In this document: piece after piece, positions 26,905 through 36,853 of the stretch
Numbering within the stretch: position 1 is the stretch's first letter
How the letters are laid out: each line of letters starts with the position of its first letter
DNA from: Chloroflexota bacterium
GTDB lineage: Bacteria; Chloroflexota; UBA6077; FW602-bin22; JAMCYS01
DNA length: 64,000 nucleotides
Assembly: GCA_023473795.1 (NCBI GenBank)
Contig: JAMCYS010000033.1
Location: forward strand, 6,581 to 70,580
Reading direction: 5' to 3'
Made by a program: the position numbers and the translations under genes
Notes under the pieces: generated by a model
What the model was told of the DNA's origin: nothing
Seen by the model: only the letters and a program-made list of their open reading frames with translations
Database searches by the model: none

Positions 26905-29155
26905 CGGAGAGCAACCTGGACAGAATGCGGGCGGCGGCGGCTTTGCCGGATTCCCCTACCTCGCCCGCGGGGCCGACGCAAGAAGGACAACCGTCCTCGC
27001 AGGGGCAGTCGCGCACTAGTTCCAGGCAACGCTGCAGCAAATCGTCGCGCAGGCGGAAGAGACGCTCGCTCATGCCTACGCCGCCGGGGCAGAACTCGTA
27101 GAGAAAGGCGGTGGGGCGCCCGGTATGCGGCGAGCGAATCTGGCAGGCGACCCGGATGTCGCCCGGGTCACACATCAGGAACAGCGGCGCCACATTCACC
27201 AGCAGGTTGCCCAGGCCGTTGAGCCCACTCTGAATTTGCTCCCGGTCGAAACCCGCCAGGGTGTCTTCGCCCAGGGTCAGCCAGTAGGCCGTGGTGTGCA
27301 TTTCCTCCTGCGGCAGATAGATGGGCCCCGAGCCCAGGTTCTCGTGGGTGTCGAACTTAATTTTCTTGAAGATGGTCGGCACGTAGGTGACCCGCACGTC
27401 GCCGTGAGCGTCGGCGGATTGGCGGTCCTGGCGTCCAGCATCCTCGGCCAGCACCTGCAACTCCACGGCCAGGTTGGCGTCAGTGTAGTAGTCTACGTTC
27501 ACCGGCTCCACGAAGGCCTTCTTCTCCTCGTAATCGAGCTGCACCACCTGATACTGGCGCCCCTCGTGGATGTAGATAGCCTCCTCGTGGATCATAGTGG
27601 GCGCCGCGTAACGGTCGACCTCGCCGATCACGCGCGCTCCCTGACTCTGATCGATGATGACGAAGTTCTCCCGGGCCGCGCTGCGCAGGCTGATCTGCTC
27701 GGCGGGAAAGCTATCGCTACTCCAATGATAGGCCCCTTTCGACCTGTAGAGCACCCTGCTATCGACGAGGTAGTCCAGCGCCTCCGCCGTCGTCTCCACC
27801 CCGAAGCGCTCGCCCTCGCCGAAGGGCAGCTCAAACGCGGCGCATTTCAGGTGGTCCATCAGCACTAGCAGATTGTCCGGATTCACTAATCCGTGCTCCG
27901 GCGGACTGCTAAAGAAGTAGTCGGGATGGTTCACCAGGTACTGGTCGAGCGGGTTGGAGCTGGCGACGAAGACGGCCGCCGAGGCGCCGCGGCGGCGACC
28001 GGCGCGACCCATCTGCTGCCAAGTAGAGGCCACGGTGCCGGGATAGCCGACCAGGACCGCGGCCTCCAGGCCGCCGATATCCACGCCCAGCTCCAGAGCG
28101 TTGGTGGAGACAACCCCTAGGACGCCCCCCTCGCGCAGGCCACGCTCGATCTCGCGTCGCTCCAGCGGCAGGTAGCCTCCCCGGTAGCCGCGAACCGCGC
28201 CCGCGGGTAGCCGCTGCTGGCGCGCCGCTTCCTGGAGGTAGGTCAGCATCACCTCCACCGTCAGGCGGCTGCGGGCAAAGACGATCGTCTGGATGCGGTT
28301 GGCCAGGAAGTTCGCGGCCAGGCCGCGGGCCGTGAGCAAAGCACCCCGGCGCAAGCCGAGCTGCCGGTTCACCAGCGGGGGGTTGTAGAGGATGACGTGC
28401 TTCTCGCCGCGCGGGGCGCCGTTGTCGTCGACAAGTTCGACCTCCTCCCCCAGCAGCTTCTCCGCCAGCTCCTTGGGGTTGGCGATGGTAGCCGAACAGA
28501 AGATGAACTGAGGTTCAGAGCCGTAGTGCGAGCAGATGCGGCGCAAGCGGCGCAAGACATTGGCCATGTGGCTGCCAAAGACGCCCCGGTACTGGTGCAG
28601 CTCATCTACAACCACGTAGCGCAGGTTCTCGAACAAGCGCATCCACTTCACGTGGTGGGGCAGGATGCCCGTATGCAACATATCCGGGTTAGTGACGACG
28701 ATGTGTCCCGCCTTGCGGATCAGCGGTCTGGCTGTGACCGGGGTGTCGCCATCGTAGGTATGGGTCTTCAGCTCCACATCCATCGCGTCGACGAGGCCCC
28801 GCAGCTCGTCGATCTGATCCTGGGAAAGGGCCTTAGTGGGAAACAAGTACAACGCCCGCGCTTGGGGGTCGGAGAGCAGCGTATTGAGAACCGGCAGGTT
28901 GTAGCAGAGGGTCTTGCCCGAGGCGGTGGGCGTCACCACCACCACGTGCCTGCCTTTGGCCAGAGCGGTCGCCGCCGTGGCCTGATGGCTATAGAGCGCC
29001 GCGATGCCCCGCTCACGCAGTGCGGCTACCAGGCGCGGATCGGTGGAAGCCGGAAACGGTACCAGCTTGGCCGCTTTGGCGGGCAAGTGGCGGTGGGCGG
29101 TGATGTTGCCGCCGTCGGTCTGCAGCAGCTGCTCTACTACCTGCACCAGGTTCAA
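26891..29155 (-). CDS. mrfA: DEAD/DEAH helicase with DUF1998 (MrfA/YprA/Hrq1 family)
   Basis: TPTASGKT, DELH, SAT, ALELGVDIG, C-terminal CPCEDGCPSC. Confidence 0.92.
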   Translation of the reverse strand: MNLVQVVEQLLQTDGGNITAHRHLPAKAAKLVPFPASTDPRLVAALRERGIAALYSHQATAATALAKGRHVVVVTPTASGKTLCYNLPVLNTLLSDPQARALYLFPTKALSQDQIDELRGLVDAMDVELKTHTYDGDTPVTARPLIRKAGHIVVTNPDMLHTGILPHHVKWMRLFENLRYVVVDELHQYRGVFGSHMANVLRRLRRICSHYGSEPQFIFCSATIANPKELAEKLLGEEVELVDDNGAPRGEKHVILYNPPLVNRQLGLRRGALLTARGLAANFLANRIQTIVFARSRLTVEVMLTYLQEAARQQRLPAGAVRGYRGGYLPLERREIERGLREGGVLGVVSTNALELGVDIGGLEAAVLVGYPGTVASTWQQMGRAGRRRGASAAVFVASSNPLDQYLVNHPDYFFSSPPEHGLVNPDNLLVLMDHLKCAAFELPFGEGERFGVETTAEALDYLVDSRVLYRSKGAYHWSSDSFPAEQISLRSAARENFVIIDQSQGARVIGEVDRYAAPTMIHEEAIYIHEGRQYQVVQLDYEEKKAFVEPVNVDYYTDANLAVELQVLAEDAGRQDRQSADAHGDVRVTYVPTIFKKIKFDTHENLGSGPIYLPQEEMHTTAYWLTLGEDTLAGFDREQIQSGLNGLGNLLVNVAPLFLMCDPGDIRVACQIRSPHTGRPTAFLYEFCPGGVGMSERLFRLRDDLLQRCLELVRDCPCEDGCPSCVGPAGEVGESGKAAAARILSRLLSDGPR

Positions 29156-29163
29156 CGGCTCAC

Positions 29164-31677
29164 CTACATCATCGGCAAGTGGGCTTGTGCGCCCTCCACG
29201 GGCGGCTTCAGGCCCACAATGCTGCCCAGACTTTGCTGGGTAGACTCATCGGCACGGGCGAAGGAGAGGAGGTGGCCCAACTTGATGAACTCCCAGCCGT
29301 CCGCGTCCAGGTACTGCTGCAACCAGGGCCCGCGCCGCAGTTTGCTCTGCAAGAGCGGCACGCGCTCGTCGAGCACCACCAGATGACGCCGCGCCGAGAT
29401 GGGTAGGCGGCGGCCGACCACCGCCTGGCTGATCATTGCGGTCCACTCCACCTCGAATAGCCAGACCGTTCCCCGTCCATCATACCAGATGACGTCCACG
29501 TCGGCCGCGCGAATGCCACCGAACTGGCCGGCAGGGCTGGTGTAGCGCTCTTCCACACTGAGCACCTGCCCGAGGGTGCCTCCGCCCAAGCGCCGTTTCT
29601 GCTCCTCCCGCCCAATCCACAAATGGTAGCCAAACCGTCGGCCCAGGTCGGCCACGGCCACGACGGCGCGCGTATGCGCCTGCTGGCGCTGGTCTTCCCG
29701 TTCTCCTTCGGCCAGGGTCCACTCTCCCTCTCGCGCCCGGCGGCCGTAGGAGGAGAGGCACTCTTCGATGAAGCCCGCCTCCGGCGTCGTCAGGCCGGGG
29801 AAGAGGCCGTGCACAAGCCGCAAGGCGGTATCCGTGCTCACCAGCCGCGTGTTGTTGAGTAGCTCGTAAGTCGCCCTCTCCACGCGGTCGGTGAGGCCCA
29901 CAGCACCGTGAGTCTGCTTGGCTAAAGACCAGACCGAGCTCTTGCCCGCGAACTTCGTCAGGGTGCGGCGGCGTTCGCCTCGCTCCAAGCCGGCGACGAC
30001 CTCGTCAGCCAGCATGTCTGCCACCGCGAGGCCATCGAAGTCCTTGGCGGCTAGGAGCGCCAGGAGCAAGCCACTCTTGGCCAGGTGTTCCAGAGCGGCG
30101 ACATGCACGTAGAGGTACGGCGTCGGCTCCGCACGCAAGGCGAGTATATTCTTCAGGGTCACGTCGATTTGCTGGCGCACCAGCGCCTCCAGGCCCGCCG
30201 CGCCAGAGGCGGGAAGGTGGACCGACGACGGATCGCTCTCCGGCTTGGCGAACTCCAGTACGTAGTGGCCCGCGGTATCCTGTCCGACCGGCACGGCCGC
30301 GTGCAAACCCGTACCCTGACAGAGTACGCGCCGCAATTCCAGCCCCGCCGTGAGGCCGGCCAGCGCGAGCATGTCGCACTGGCGCCGGCTCTCGGCCTCG
30401 AAGAGTAGCACGACGGGCGCACCGGTCTTTAGCGTGGGCAGGAGCCCCCGCAGAGCCGCGGCTACGGCTCTGTAGTAAGCCGCCCAATCCAGGGGGCGGC
30501 GTGAGCAGGGTATTTGCTCCAGCCCATGGGCCTGTCCCGGTCCCAGCAGCCAGCCCGACCAGAGATAGGACAGACAGAGGAACGTCCCGTGGCCAGGCCC
30601 CGGGGGCGAGGTCAGCACCATGGCCGCGCCCTCGTTCGGAAGATCACGCTGTAGATGGCGGGCGGCCTGGCGCAGCACCGCGGTGTTGGGCGGATTGCCG
30701 AGCCTGCTGTAGGCGCTATTGTCATAGAGCCGGTCGACGCTTACTGCTAGCCGGGCCGGAGAGGTCTCTCCACCCCGCGCCTCGAGGGTCTGGCGCAGCT
30801 CGGCACAGGCCGAGGTAAAACGGCGCCAGACGTTGCGCTCGACGTACCTTGCCGGCGGTCGCAAGTCAATATCCGAGCTGACAAAGGTCGTCGGGGTCAG
30901 CGGCTCCAGCTTACTGCACGAGCAAAGGCAATCAAGCAGCGCCAGTTTGAGCAGGTGGCGGACGTTCTCACCCAGTTTGCTGCCTTCGATATGCCTGACG
31001 ATGGTCGCCAAAGCGTAGGCGTTGCGCCGGGTGTAGAGATCGAGCAGCTGCACCGCCAAATCGCCGTGACCCTCGGCATCGTGGCCGAAGCGATCCACGA
31101 GGTACCAGTAGTGGAAGCCCCGAGGCTCCGTCTCGTGCAGGCGAGCCACGTCAGCCTCCGTCACCGGGACCAGGTCCGCAGGCTCCGCCTCCCCGAAGTG
31201 GCAGGAATGGCAAAGACACCGCTTGGCGATGGGTCCATCCAAGCGCCTGTCCCAGATGAAAGCCGTGGCAACCGCGGACGCGCCGCAGCGCGGGCAATCC
31301 GTGGCATAGAGGCCATCCAGATGGCTGGCCAACGGGGCCTGGGCCTGCTTGACTCGGGAAAGCTGGTCGAACGCCGCCTGCAACTCCCGCCCGGTAACCG
31401 CCAGCAGAGTGGTGCGCGAAATGAAGCAGGTGAGCGGATTTAGGTCGGAAAGGACCGCCCGGCGGCCGCAACGCGAGGCAGCGCGCGCCAGGGCATCAGA
31501 GTGAGCGAACGGGTCCAGCACCACGTCGCCGGGCACCGTGTATGCGGCCAGGTAGGTGTCGAGAACGTTGGCCGGCAGTTTGGTGAGGAAGCGCCCGAGG
31601 GCGCCGAGGTGTATGCTGGGCTCGGGCGGGACGAAAAACTCCACGCCCCGCGCCTGTCCGCCCTGTGCCTCGCTCAA
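29164..31677 (-). CDS. Degenerate adenine DNA-methyltransferase-like protein with Zn ribbon and C-terminal PD-(D/E)XK-like domain
   Basis: VLDPFAHSD (motif I lacking GxG), TSPPG (motif IV lacking aromatic), CPRC..CHSC, C-terminal DVDVIW...FEVE. Confidence 0.7.
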   Translation of the reverse strand: MSEAQGGQARGVEFFVPPEPSIHLGALGRFLTKLPANVLDTYLAAYTVPGDVVLDPFAHSDALARAASRCGRRAVLSDLNPLTCFISRTTLLAVTGRELQAAFDQLSRVKQAQAPLASHLDGLYATDCPRCGASAVATAFIWDRRLDGPIAKRCLCHSCHFGEAEPADLVPVTEADVARLHETEPRGFHYWYLVDRFGHDAEGHGDLAVQLLDLYTRRNAYALATIVRHIEGSKLGENVRHLLKLALLDCLCSCSKLEPLTPTTFVSSDIDLRPPARYVERNVWRRFTSACAELRQTLEARGGETSPARLAVSVDRLYDNSAYSRLGNPPNTAVLRQAARHLQRDLPNEGAAMVLTSPPGPGHGTFLCLSYLWSGWLLGPGQAHGLEQIPCSRRPLDWAAYYRAVAAALRGLLPTLKTGAPVVLLFEAESRRQCDMLALAGLTAGLELRRVLCQGTGLHAAVPVGQDTAGHYVLEFAKPESDPSSVHLPASGAAGLEALVRQQIDVTLKNILALRAEPTPYLYVHVAALEHLAKSGLLLALLAAKDFDGLAVADMLADEVVAGLERGERRRTLTKFAGKSSVWSLAKQTHGAVGLTDRVERATYELLNNTRLVSTDTALRLVHGLFPGLTTPEAGFIEECLSSYGRRAREGEWTLAEGEREDQRQQAHTRAVVAVADLGRRFGYHLWIGREEQKRRLGGGTLGQVLSVEERYTSPAGQFGGIRAADVDVIWYDGRGTVWLFEVEWTAMISQAVVGRRLPISARRHLVVLDERVPLLQSKLRRGPWLQQYLDADGWEFIKLGHLLSFARADESTQQSLGSIVGLKPPVEGAQAHLPMM

Positions 31678-31713
31678 TCGTCCCTTCCCCCTCGTCAGAT
31701 AGACGTGCCCACG

Positions 31714-32466
31714 CTAGCTGCCACGTGGACAGACTCGCAGGCAGCGACCCATGCAGTCTGATTGCCGCTGGCTGGCCTGGCACATGGACCAGTCGGTGCG
31801 CGACACGGGGTCCAGCCAGACTTCCGCGTCGCTGGCGCTTGGCAAGAGACTGAGCGCTCCAGCCGGGCACTCGTCAATGCACAGGCGGCAGCCCTCCCCG
31901 AGGCACGTCTTCCCGGCCAGCAGCGGCGAGGGCTCGAGGAGCGCGGTGGTGAGGACCGAATTCCAGCGCACACGTGGGCCGTAGCGCTCGCTCACCACGA
32001 CGTTGTTCAGACCAAACTCGCCCAAGCCGGCGCGCACCGCCGCGTGGCGTTGGGAAAGCATGCCCGGCAGCACCCCTGGGCGCGTCCAGTCCGGCGATTG
32101 GCCGTAGGTGGCCGGGAGGAAAAGGGAAGGAAAACCCTCCTCTTCCAGATGGTTGGCCAGGGTCAGGGCGATTTGATTGAGCCGGTCATTGACGATGTCG
32201 TAACCCGATCGCTTGTAGAAGAGGCTGCGTAGTGCCTCCACGCGCGCTTCCTCGGGAATCAGGGGAGAGCCACGCAATAGGTCCGGCCACTCCGTCACAC
32301 GGCGGAGGAGCCGGATGCCGAACGTTACGACGGAACGCGCCCCGGGCAATAACTCAGCGGGATGGTGACCCGAAGGAGCGCCGTCGAAGCGTTCGACGTT
32401 GGCCACCCCGACTAGGCTGGCACCCCCAGCCGATGCGAGCTCGCGCACTGTTGCCACTGCCGTCAC
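31714..32466 (-). CDS. QueG-like (epoxyqueuosine reductase family) Fe-S protein
   Basis: HAAVRAGLGEFG.N....YGPR, CRLCIDECP and C..C...CP. Confidence 0.8.
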   Translation of the reverse strand: MTAVATVRELASAGGASLVGVANVERFDGAPSGHHPAELLPGARSVVTFGIRLLRRVTEWPDLLRGSPLIPEEARVEALRSLFYKRSGYDIVNDRLNQIALTLANHLEEEGFPSLFLPATYGQSPDWTRPGVLPGMLSQRHAAVRAGLGEFGLNNVVVSERYGPRVRWNSVLTTALLEPSPLLAGKTCLGEGCRLCIDECPAGALSLLPSASDAEVWLDPVSRTDWSMCQASQRQSDCMGRCLRVCPRGS

Positions 32467-32767
32467 GGACGTTCACCCCCTACATGGCCGTCGCGAGGCT
32501 GAACCCCGCTGGCGCGAGTATAGCATCCGTCCGGCGGTCTCTCAACGTCTCGGCGACCACCCAACCCCAAGTTCAAATCGCATTTCACCTGGCCGTAGCG
32601 CGCCTTCCCTCAAGGCCAAACCCAGACCGGTGACGTTGACCAGCCCCTGTCCCGGTCTCCTGTTTCGCAGGCGAGTGGGGCGCGGGACCAGCCAGAGAGT
32701 CGCTGATTGGGGGATGACTAAGCGCGGCAGACCTGGCGGTCTCGGCTGGGCAGGGGTGCTGAACAGC

Positions 32768-34618
32768 CTAGCGCAAGAGAAACCGAAAAGTGAACTGGGC
32801 CACACGAGCGGCAAGGCGAGCAGTCGCGGAGAGGGACGCCGCAGCCAGTCTGTAGGGATCCGCACTGTCGCCGGCCAACGGACGTTGCAGCGCTAGCCAC
32901 CAGCGCTCGCTACGCGCCTGCGGTTGATCAGAGGCCAGCTCCAGCGGCCTGCCGGGCGCTAGGGACTGCGCCAGCTTCAACACTTCGGGCAACTCCGCCG
33001 GCTCGGAGGGATACGGGTTGGTGCGCTCGAAACGCGCGAGCAAGAGCACTGCCAGCAAGGGCAAAACCAGCAGCGCCAGAGCCCAGAGCGGGCTCAAGAA
33101 GCCAACTGCGGTCCCCCCGCGAGCGGGTGCCAGCGCCAGATCCGCCCAACTCCCCACCGGCGCGACTCCAGTCACCGGGGCGACGATGGGATCCAGAAGC
33201 AGACGCGGCAGCAACCCCACGGCCAGGCAGACGAGCAACACAGCGCCCAGGGTGATCTTGGGGAAGATGCTCAGAGGCTCGGCGAAGGGCTGTTGAAGAT
33301 GACGTTCTCCCAGGAAGAGCAACCCGCCCAGGCGCAGCAGCAGCGCCGCCGTCACCACCGTGCCAAGCAGTCCGACCGCCAAGAAGGACAACCGCCAGGC
33401 CTCGCCGCTGGCGGCCAGGCCCTGATAAACGAGCATCAGGCCGGCGTAACCCGGGAAAGGCGGCAGACCCGCCATGCCCAGCGCTCCCACCAAGAAGACG
33501 AGGGCGGGCAAAGGTAAGCGCCTGGCCAAACCGCCCGCGAGACTCGGCTCCGCGGTGCCGACGCTTTCGCGCACGGCGGCCAGCGCCAAGAGCACGGACA
33601 AGCCGGCCGCTGTCTGCGAAAAAGCAAGGAAGAAGGCGCCGGCTACACCAAGCGCCGATCCGCTACCAAGCCCAAGGAGCATCAAACCAGTTTGCAGCAA
33701 GAACAGGCCCCCGACGGTGCGCCACACGGAGCGCTCGCGCAGCACGCTCGCGGCCGCCACGAGGATGCTCAGCGCGCCCAAGGAGATCAGCAGGCCACTC
33801 CAGAGAGGTTGAGCCGAGGGCACCGCGTCGCTGGCCAGACGTAGCAACAGGTACAAGCCCAACTTGTTCTGCAGCCCGAGCCACGCGGGCGCGAGACTTG
33901 GTGAGAGCGAGCCCACAGCCTGACCCAGCCAGGAATGAAGTGGAGCAGCCGCCAGCATCGCAGCCGACGCCACCGCCAACAGCAATAGTAGCGGCAACTG
34001 GAAACCCGGGTCGCCTTTGTGCAGCCAATCGACCAACGTCTGGCCGGTATTCTGGCTTTGCGTCAGCGCCACTGCGACGAAAAGACAGGTTGCCCCCACC
34101 TCGTTCGTGGCCAGGAACCAGCCAGCGGCACGCAGCGCCGAACTGCGCTGGGGGAGGATGAGCAGCAGGCTCGCGGCCAGAATCGCCAATTGCCAGAAGG
34201 CAAACAGGGTGAGCAGACTGCCGCTGGCGAGAACCCCAATCGCCATGGCGAGTGATAGCAGGGCCAGCGGTCGCTGATAGACTGCTTCATCCATCCGCAC
34301 TTCCTTCGCCGCGAAGAAGGAAGTCTCCAACAGGTCCACAACCACGACGAGCAGGATAAAGGCCGCCGACAGTGTGTCGACCGCCAGCCTCCATTCAAAC
34401 GTCGCTCCGAGGACCGTTGTCGCCGCCAAGGGGAGAACGATGCTCTGCCCGCCAGCGACAGCGGCCAGCAGCATCAGGCAGAGGACAGTCTCTATCTCCA
34501 GAATGCCCAGAACCAGCCAGTCCGCGGACTGCCGGCTGCCGGACAGCAATCCCGCCAAGGGCACGCCGGCCAGTGGTAGGAGTAGCACAACGGTCAACAG
34601 CCAATCGCCCGGCATCAT
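32768..34618 (-). CDS. Proton-conducting membrane subunit (MrpD/NuoL/HyfB-like), divergent
   Basis: About 14 TM, PLHSWL, KLGLYLLLR, GLPPFPG. Confidence 0.8.
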   Translation of the reverse strand: MMPGDWLLTVVLLLPLAGVPLAGLLSGSRQSADWLVLGILEIETVLCLMLLAAVAGGQSIVLPLAATTVLGATFEWRLAVDTLSAAFILLVVVVDLLETSFFAAKEVRMDEAVYQRPLALLSLAMAIGVLASGSLLTLFAFWQLAILAASLLLILPQRSSALRAAGWFLATNEVGATCLFVAVALTQSQNTGQTLVDWLHKGDPGFQLPLLLLLAVASAAMLAAAPLHSWLGQAVGSLSPSLAPAWLGLQNKLGLYLLLRLASDAVPSAQPLWSGLLISLGALSILVAAASVLRERSVWRTVGGLFLLQTGLMLLGLGSGSALGVAGAFFLAFSQTAAGLSVLLALAAVRESVGTAEPSLAGGLARRLPLPALVFLVGALGMAGLPPFPGYAGLMLVYQGLAASGEAWRLSFLAVGLLGTVVTAALLLRLGGLLFLGERHLQQPFAEPLSIFPKITLGAVLLVCLAVGLLPRLLLDPIVAPVTGVAPVGSWADLALAPARGGTAVGFLSPLWALALLVLPLLAVLLLARFERTNPYPSEPAELPEVLKLAQSLAPGRPLELASDQPQARSERWWLALQRPLAGDSADPYRLAAASLSATARLAARVAQFTFRFLLR

Positions 34619-34624
34619 CTCTCC

Positions 34625-35878
34625 CTAGCGCTGCAAATAGGACACGACAGGCTCGATTACTCCCGTCGCCCAGAAGGGAGCGAATCCTGCCAGCGCCACG
34701 GCGGCAAGCAAGGGCAGTAGTACGAGCGCCGCCAGCCGGCTGGGCCGCCGCCCAGCGCTGTGGACCGCCGCCGCCGCTACCGGGCCCAAGTACAGGCCAC
34801 GGAAGAGGCGCAGTACGCAAAGAACGGTGAGCAGGACCGCCGCCGCGTAGAGGACAAACGGCAGCGGCGATTGGACGCGCAACAGTGACGAGGCCAGCAC
34901 AATCTGCCCGACGAATGGCCCCAGCGGCGGCAGTCCGGCCAGGGCCAGGCCGCTGACGGCGAAGAGCGCCGCGCTGCCCGGCGCCACGGCCCCCAGCCCG
35001 CCCAGCTTGGACAGGCTGCGCTCTCCCGCCCGCTGTTCCGCCGCCGAGACCGCGACGAAAAGCGTCGTGCTGGCGAAGGTGTAGCCGAGAAGGATCAAGA
35101 GGCTGCCCGCCAGCCCCTGCGTATACGGCAAGGCGAGACCGGCAAACAGCAGCAGCACCTGCACCAACGCCACATAGGCCACCGACCGCCGGACGTCATC
35201 CTCGCCAAGAGCAGCCAGGGCGAGAACCACGGCTCCGACCAAGCCGATCCACAGGCACAGCTCGCGCCAATCCGCATTCTCCCCAAACACGCCAATCAGC
35301 AGCTTGGCGAAGGGGAAGATGCCGATAATGCTTATGCCTGCCGTCATCAGCAACGCGGCCGACGCCCCCGCCAGCGGTTGGCGTCCGCCTCGCCAGGCAT
35401 AGCCGGCGAGGGCCAGGGACTTGAGAAGCACCGCCACCAATAGCACTGGCGCGGCCCAGGGAGCTGCCTCCGGGCGCAAAGCTGACAGGCTGAAAGTCGC
35501 GCCGCTGTTCACGTGCAATACGACCAGGCAGGCGAGCACAGCCAACGAGCCCACACCGCCAGCGAGCTGAATGGGCAGGACACCGTTATCATCCCGACTG
35601 TCCCCGAGCGCATTCTGGCCAATCGCCCAGCACATTAGTGCGCACAGTTCCCACAAGAAGTAGAAGACGGCCACGTTGTCGATGGCGAAGAGCGGCAAGG
35701 CAAACACCAGCAAGAGAAACGACAAAACGAGGAACTGGCCCCAGCCGGGCGCCCCCACCGTGTAGAGCACGGTCAGGAGAAAGACGACCAAAGCCAGATA
35801 GATGAGCAGACCGCCCAGAGGATCCACGCCATACGCTTCGAGGGGCAGCGGCAGGTTGAGGACAGGCGGCTGGGCCAA
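34625..35878 (-). CDS. Proton-conducting membrane subunit (MrpD/NuoM-like), divergent
   Basis: FLWEL, LGGLG...P, LAGLPPLGPF. Confidence 0.75.
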   Translation of the reverse strand: MAQPPVLNLPLPLEAYGVDPLGGLLIYLALVVFLLTVLYTVGAPGWGQFLVLSFLLLVFALPLFAIDNVAVFYFLWELCALMCWAIGQNALGDSRDDNGVLPIQLAGGVGSLAVLACLVVLHVNSGATFSLSALRPEAAPWAAPVLLVAVLLKSLALAGYAWRGGRQPLAGASAALLMTAGISIIGIFPFAKLLIGVFGENADWRELCLWIGLVGAVVLALAALGEDDVRRSVAYVALVQVLLLFAGLALPYTQGLAGSLLILLGYTFASTTLFVAVSAAEQRAGERSLSKLGGLGAVAPGSAALFAVSGLALAGLPPLGPFVGQIVLASSLLRVQSPLPFVLYAAAVLLTVLCVLRLFRGLYLGPVAAAAVHSAGRRPSRLAALVLLPLLAAVALAGFAPFWATGVIEPVVSYLQR

Positions 35879-35880
35879 CG

Positions 35881-36777
35881 TTACCACCCCCCCGCGGCGA
35901 ACGCCAGCGCCAGGGCCACCAGCAGGCCAAGTGGCAGCCAAGCCAAGTCGGCCACCGGCAACGAGGACCGGCGCAACAGGTCGCGCAGCACGACCAGCAG
36001 TACCACTCCGAGCGCGTAGGCGAGGAAGGTCGCCGGCAGAGCGCCGAGGGGGCTACCCGGAAGCGACCAGTACAGTAGTGCCAACACAGACACGGTCGCC
36101 ACCCAGCAGGCTGCCCGCAGCAACTGGAGGAGCAGAGCCTGCACCGCGCCGCTGACCATCCCCAGGCAGTCCTCGAAATAGGCGTCGAGCAGCGCCAACT
36201 GAATCGCCGCCGCCACGGCCGCCGCGAGGAAAGCAAGGCCACCGCTCAGCGAAAAGACTGCCGGCAGGCTGCGGCCCACAGGCGACACTACCTGCGCCAA
36301 CAACAAGGAGCGGGCGGCAACCGCGGGTACCGCCAGGGCGCAGACCAGCACACTGGTGTACAGAAGCAGCAACAGGTCGCGCTGCCGGCCGCGGCCACGG
36401 CTACGCGCCCGCCAATCACTCCAGTAGAGAACGGCGAGAAGGGGCATCAACAACAGGCCGAGCGCGATGTAAGCCTGGCCCCAGGCGGCAGAGGGAAAGA
36501 CGATAGATCGCCAGAAAGCTGTCGTGGCGCCTGCCGCCCCAAACAGCCCCAGGAGAAGGGCCGCGCTCGCCCAATCCAACTCCTCCGGCGCCGGGTGCGT
36601 CGCCAGGTGAGCCAACTGACGTGACCGTCCAACCAGATCCGCGAATCCGGCCACCTGCCCGCCACGCAACTGCTCGCCCAGACGCTGGGCGACCCACATC
36701 GTGCCTACGCCGATCAACACGACGAAGACTAGACCGGGGAAGAGCAACAGGGACAAGATATCCAGGGCGATGGCCAT
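35881..36777 (-). CDS. NuoH/HycD/MbhM-like membrane subunit, divergent
   Basis: LLFPGLVF...FADL N-terminus, about 8 TM, adjacent to antiporter-like genes. Confidence 0.55.
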   Translation of the reverse strand: MAIALDILSLLLFPGLVFVVLIGVGTMWVAQRLGEQLRGGQVAGFADLVGRSRQLAHLATHPAPEELDWASAALLLGLFGAAGATTAFWRSIVFPSAAWGQAYIALGLLLMPLLAVLYWSDWRARSRGRGRQRDLLLLLYTSVLVCALAVPAVAARSLLLAQVVSPVGRSLPAVFSLSGGLAFLAAAVAAAIQLALLDAYFEDCLGMVSGAVQALLLQLLRAACWVATVSVLALLYWSLPGSPLGALPATFLAYALGVVLLVVLRDLLRRSSLPVADLAWLPLGLLVALALAFAAGGW

Positions 36778-36853
36778 AGCGCCAACCTAAGGCCCCGCCC
36801 CGACACGTGTCGGGCGCGGGGCAAGAATGAGCGACGGACCGCTTGAGACAACC

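Noticed and set aside
25621-31677. Canonical DISARM, Druantia or Dpd defence system
   Set aside because: The helicase is MrfA-sized and paired with YprB; no drmA/drmD, druA-D or dpdA genes are present
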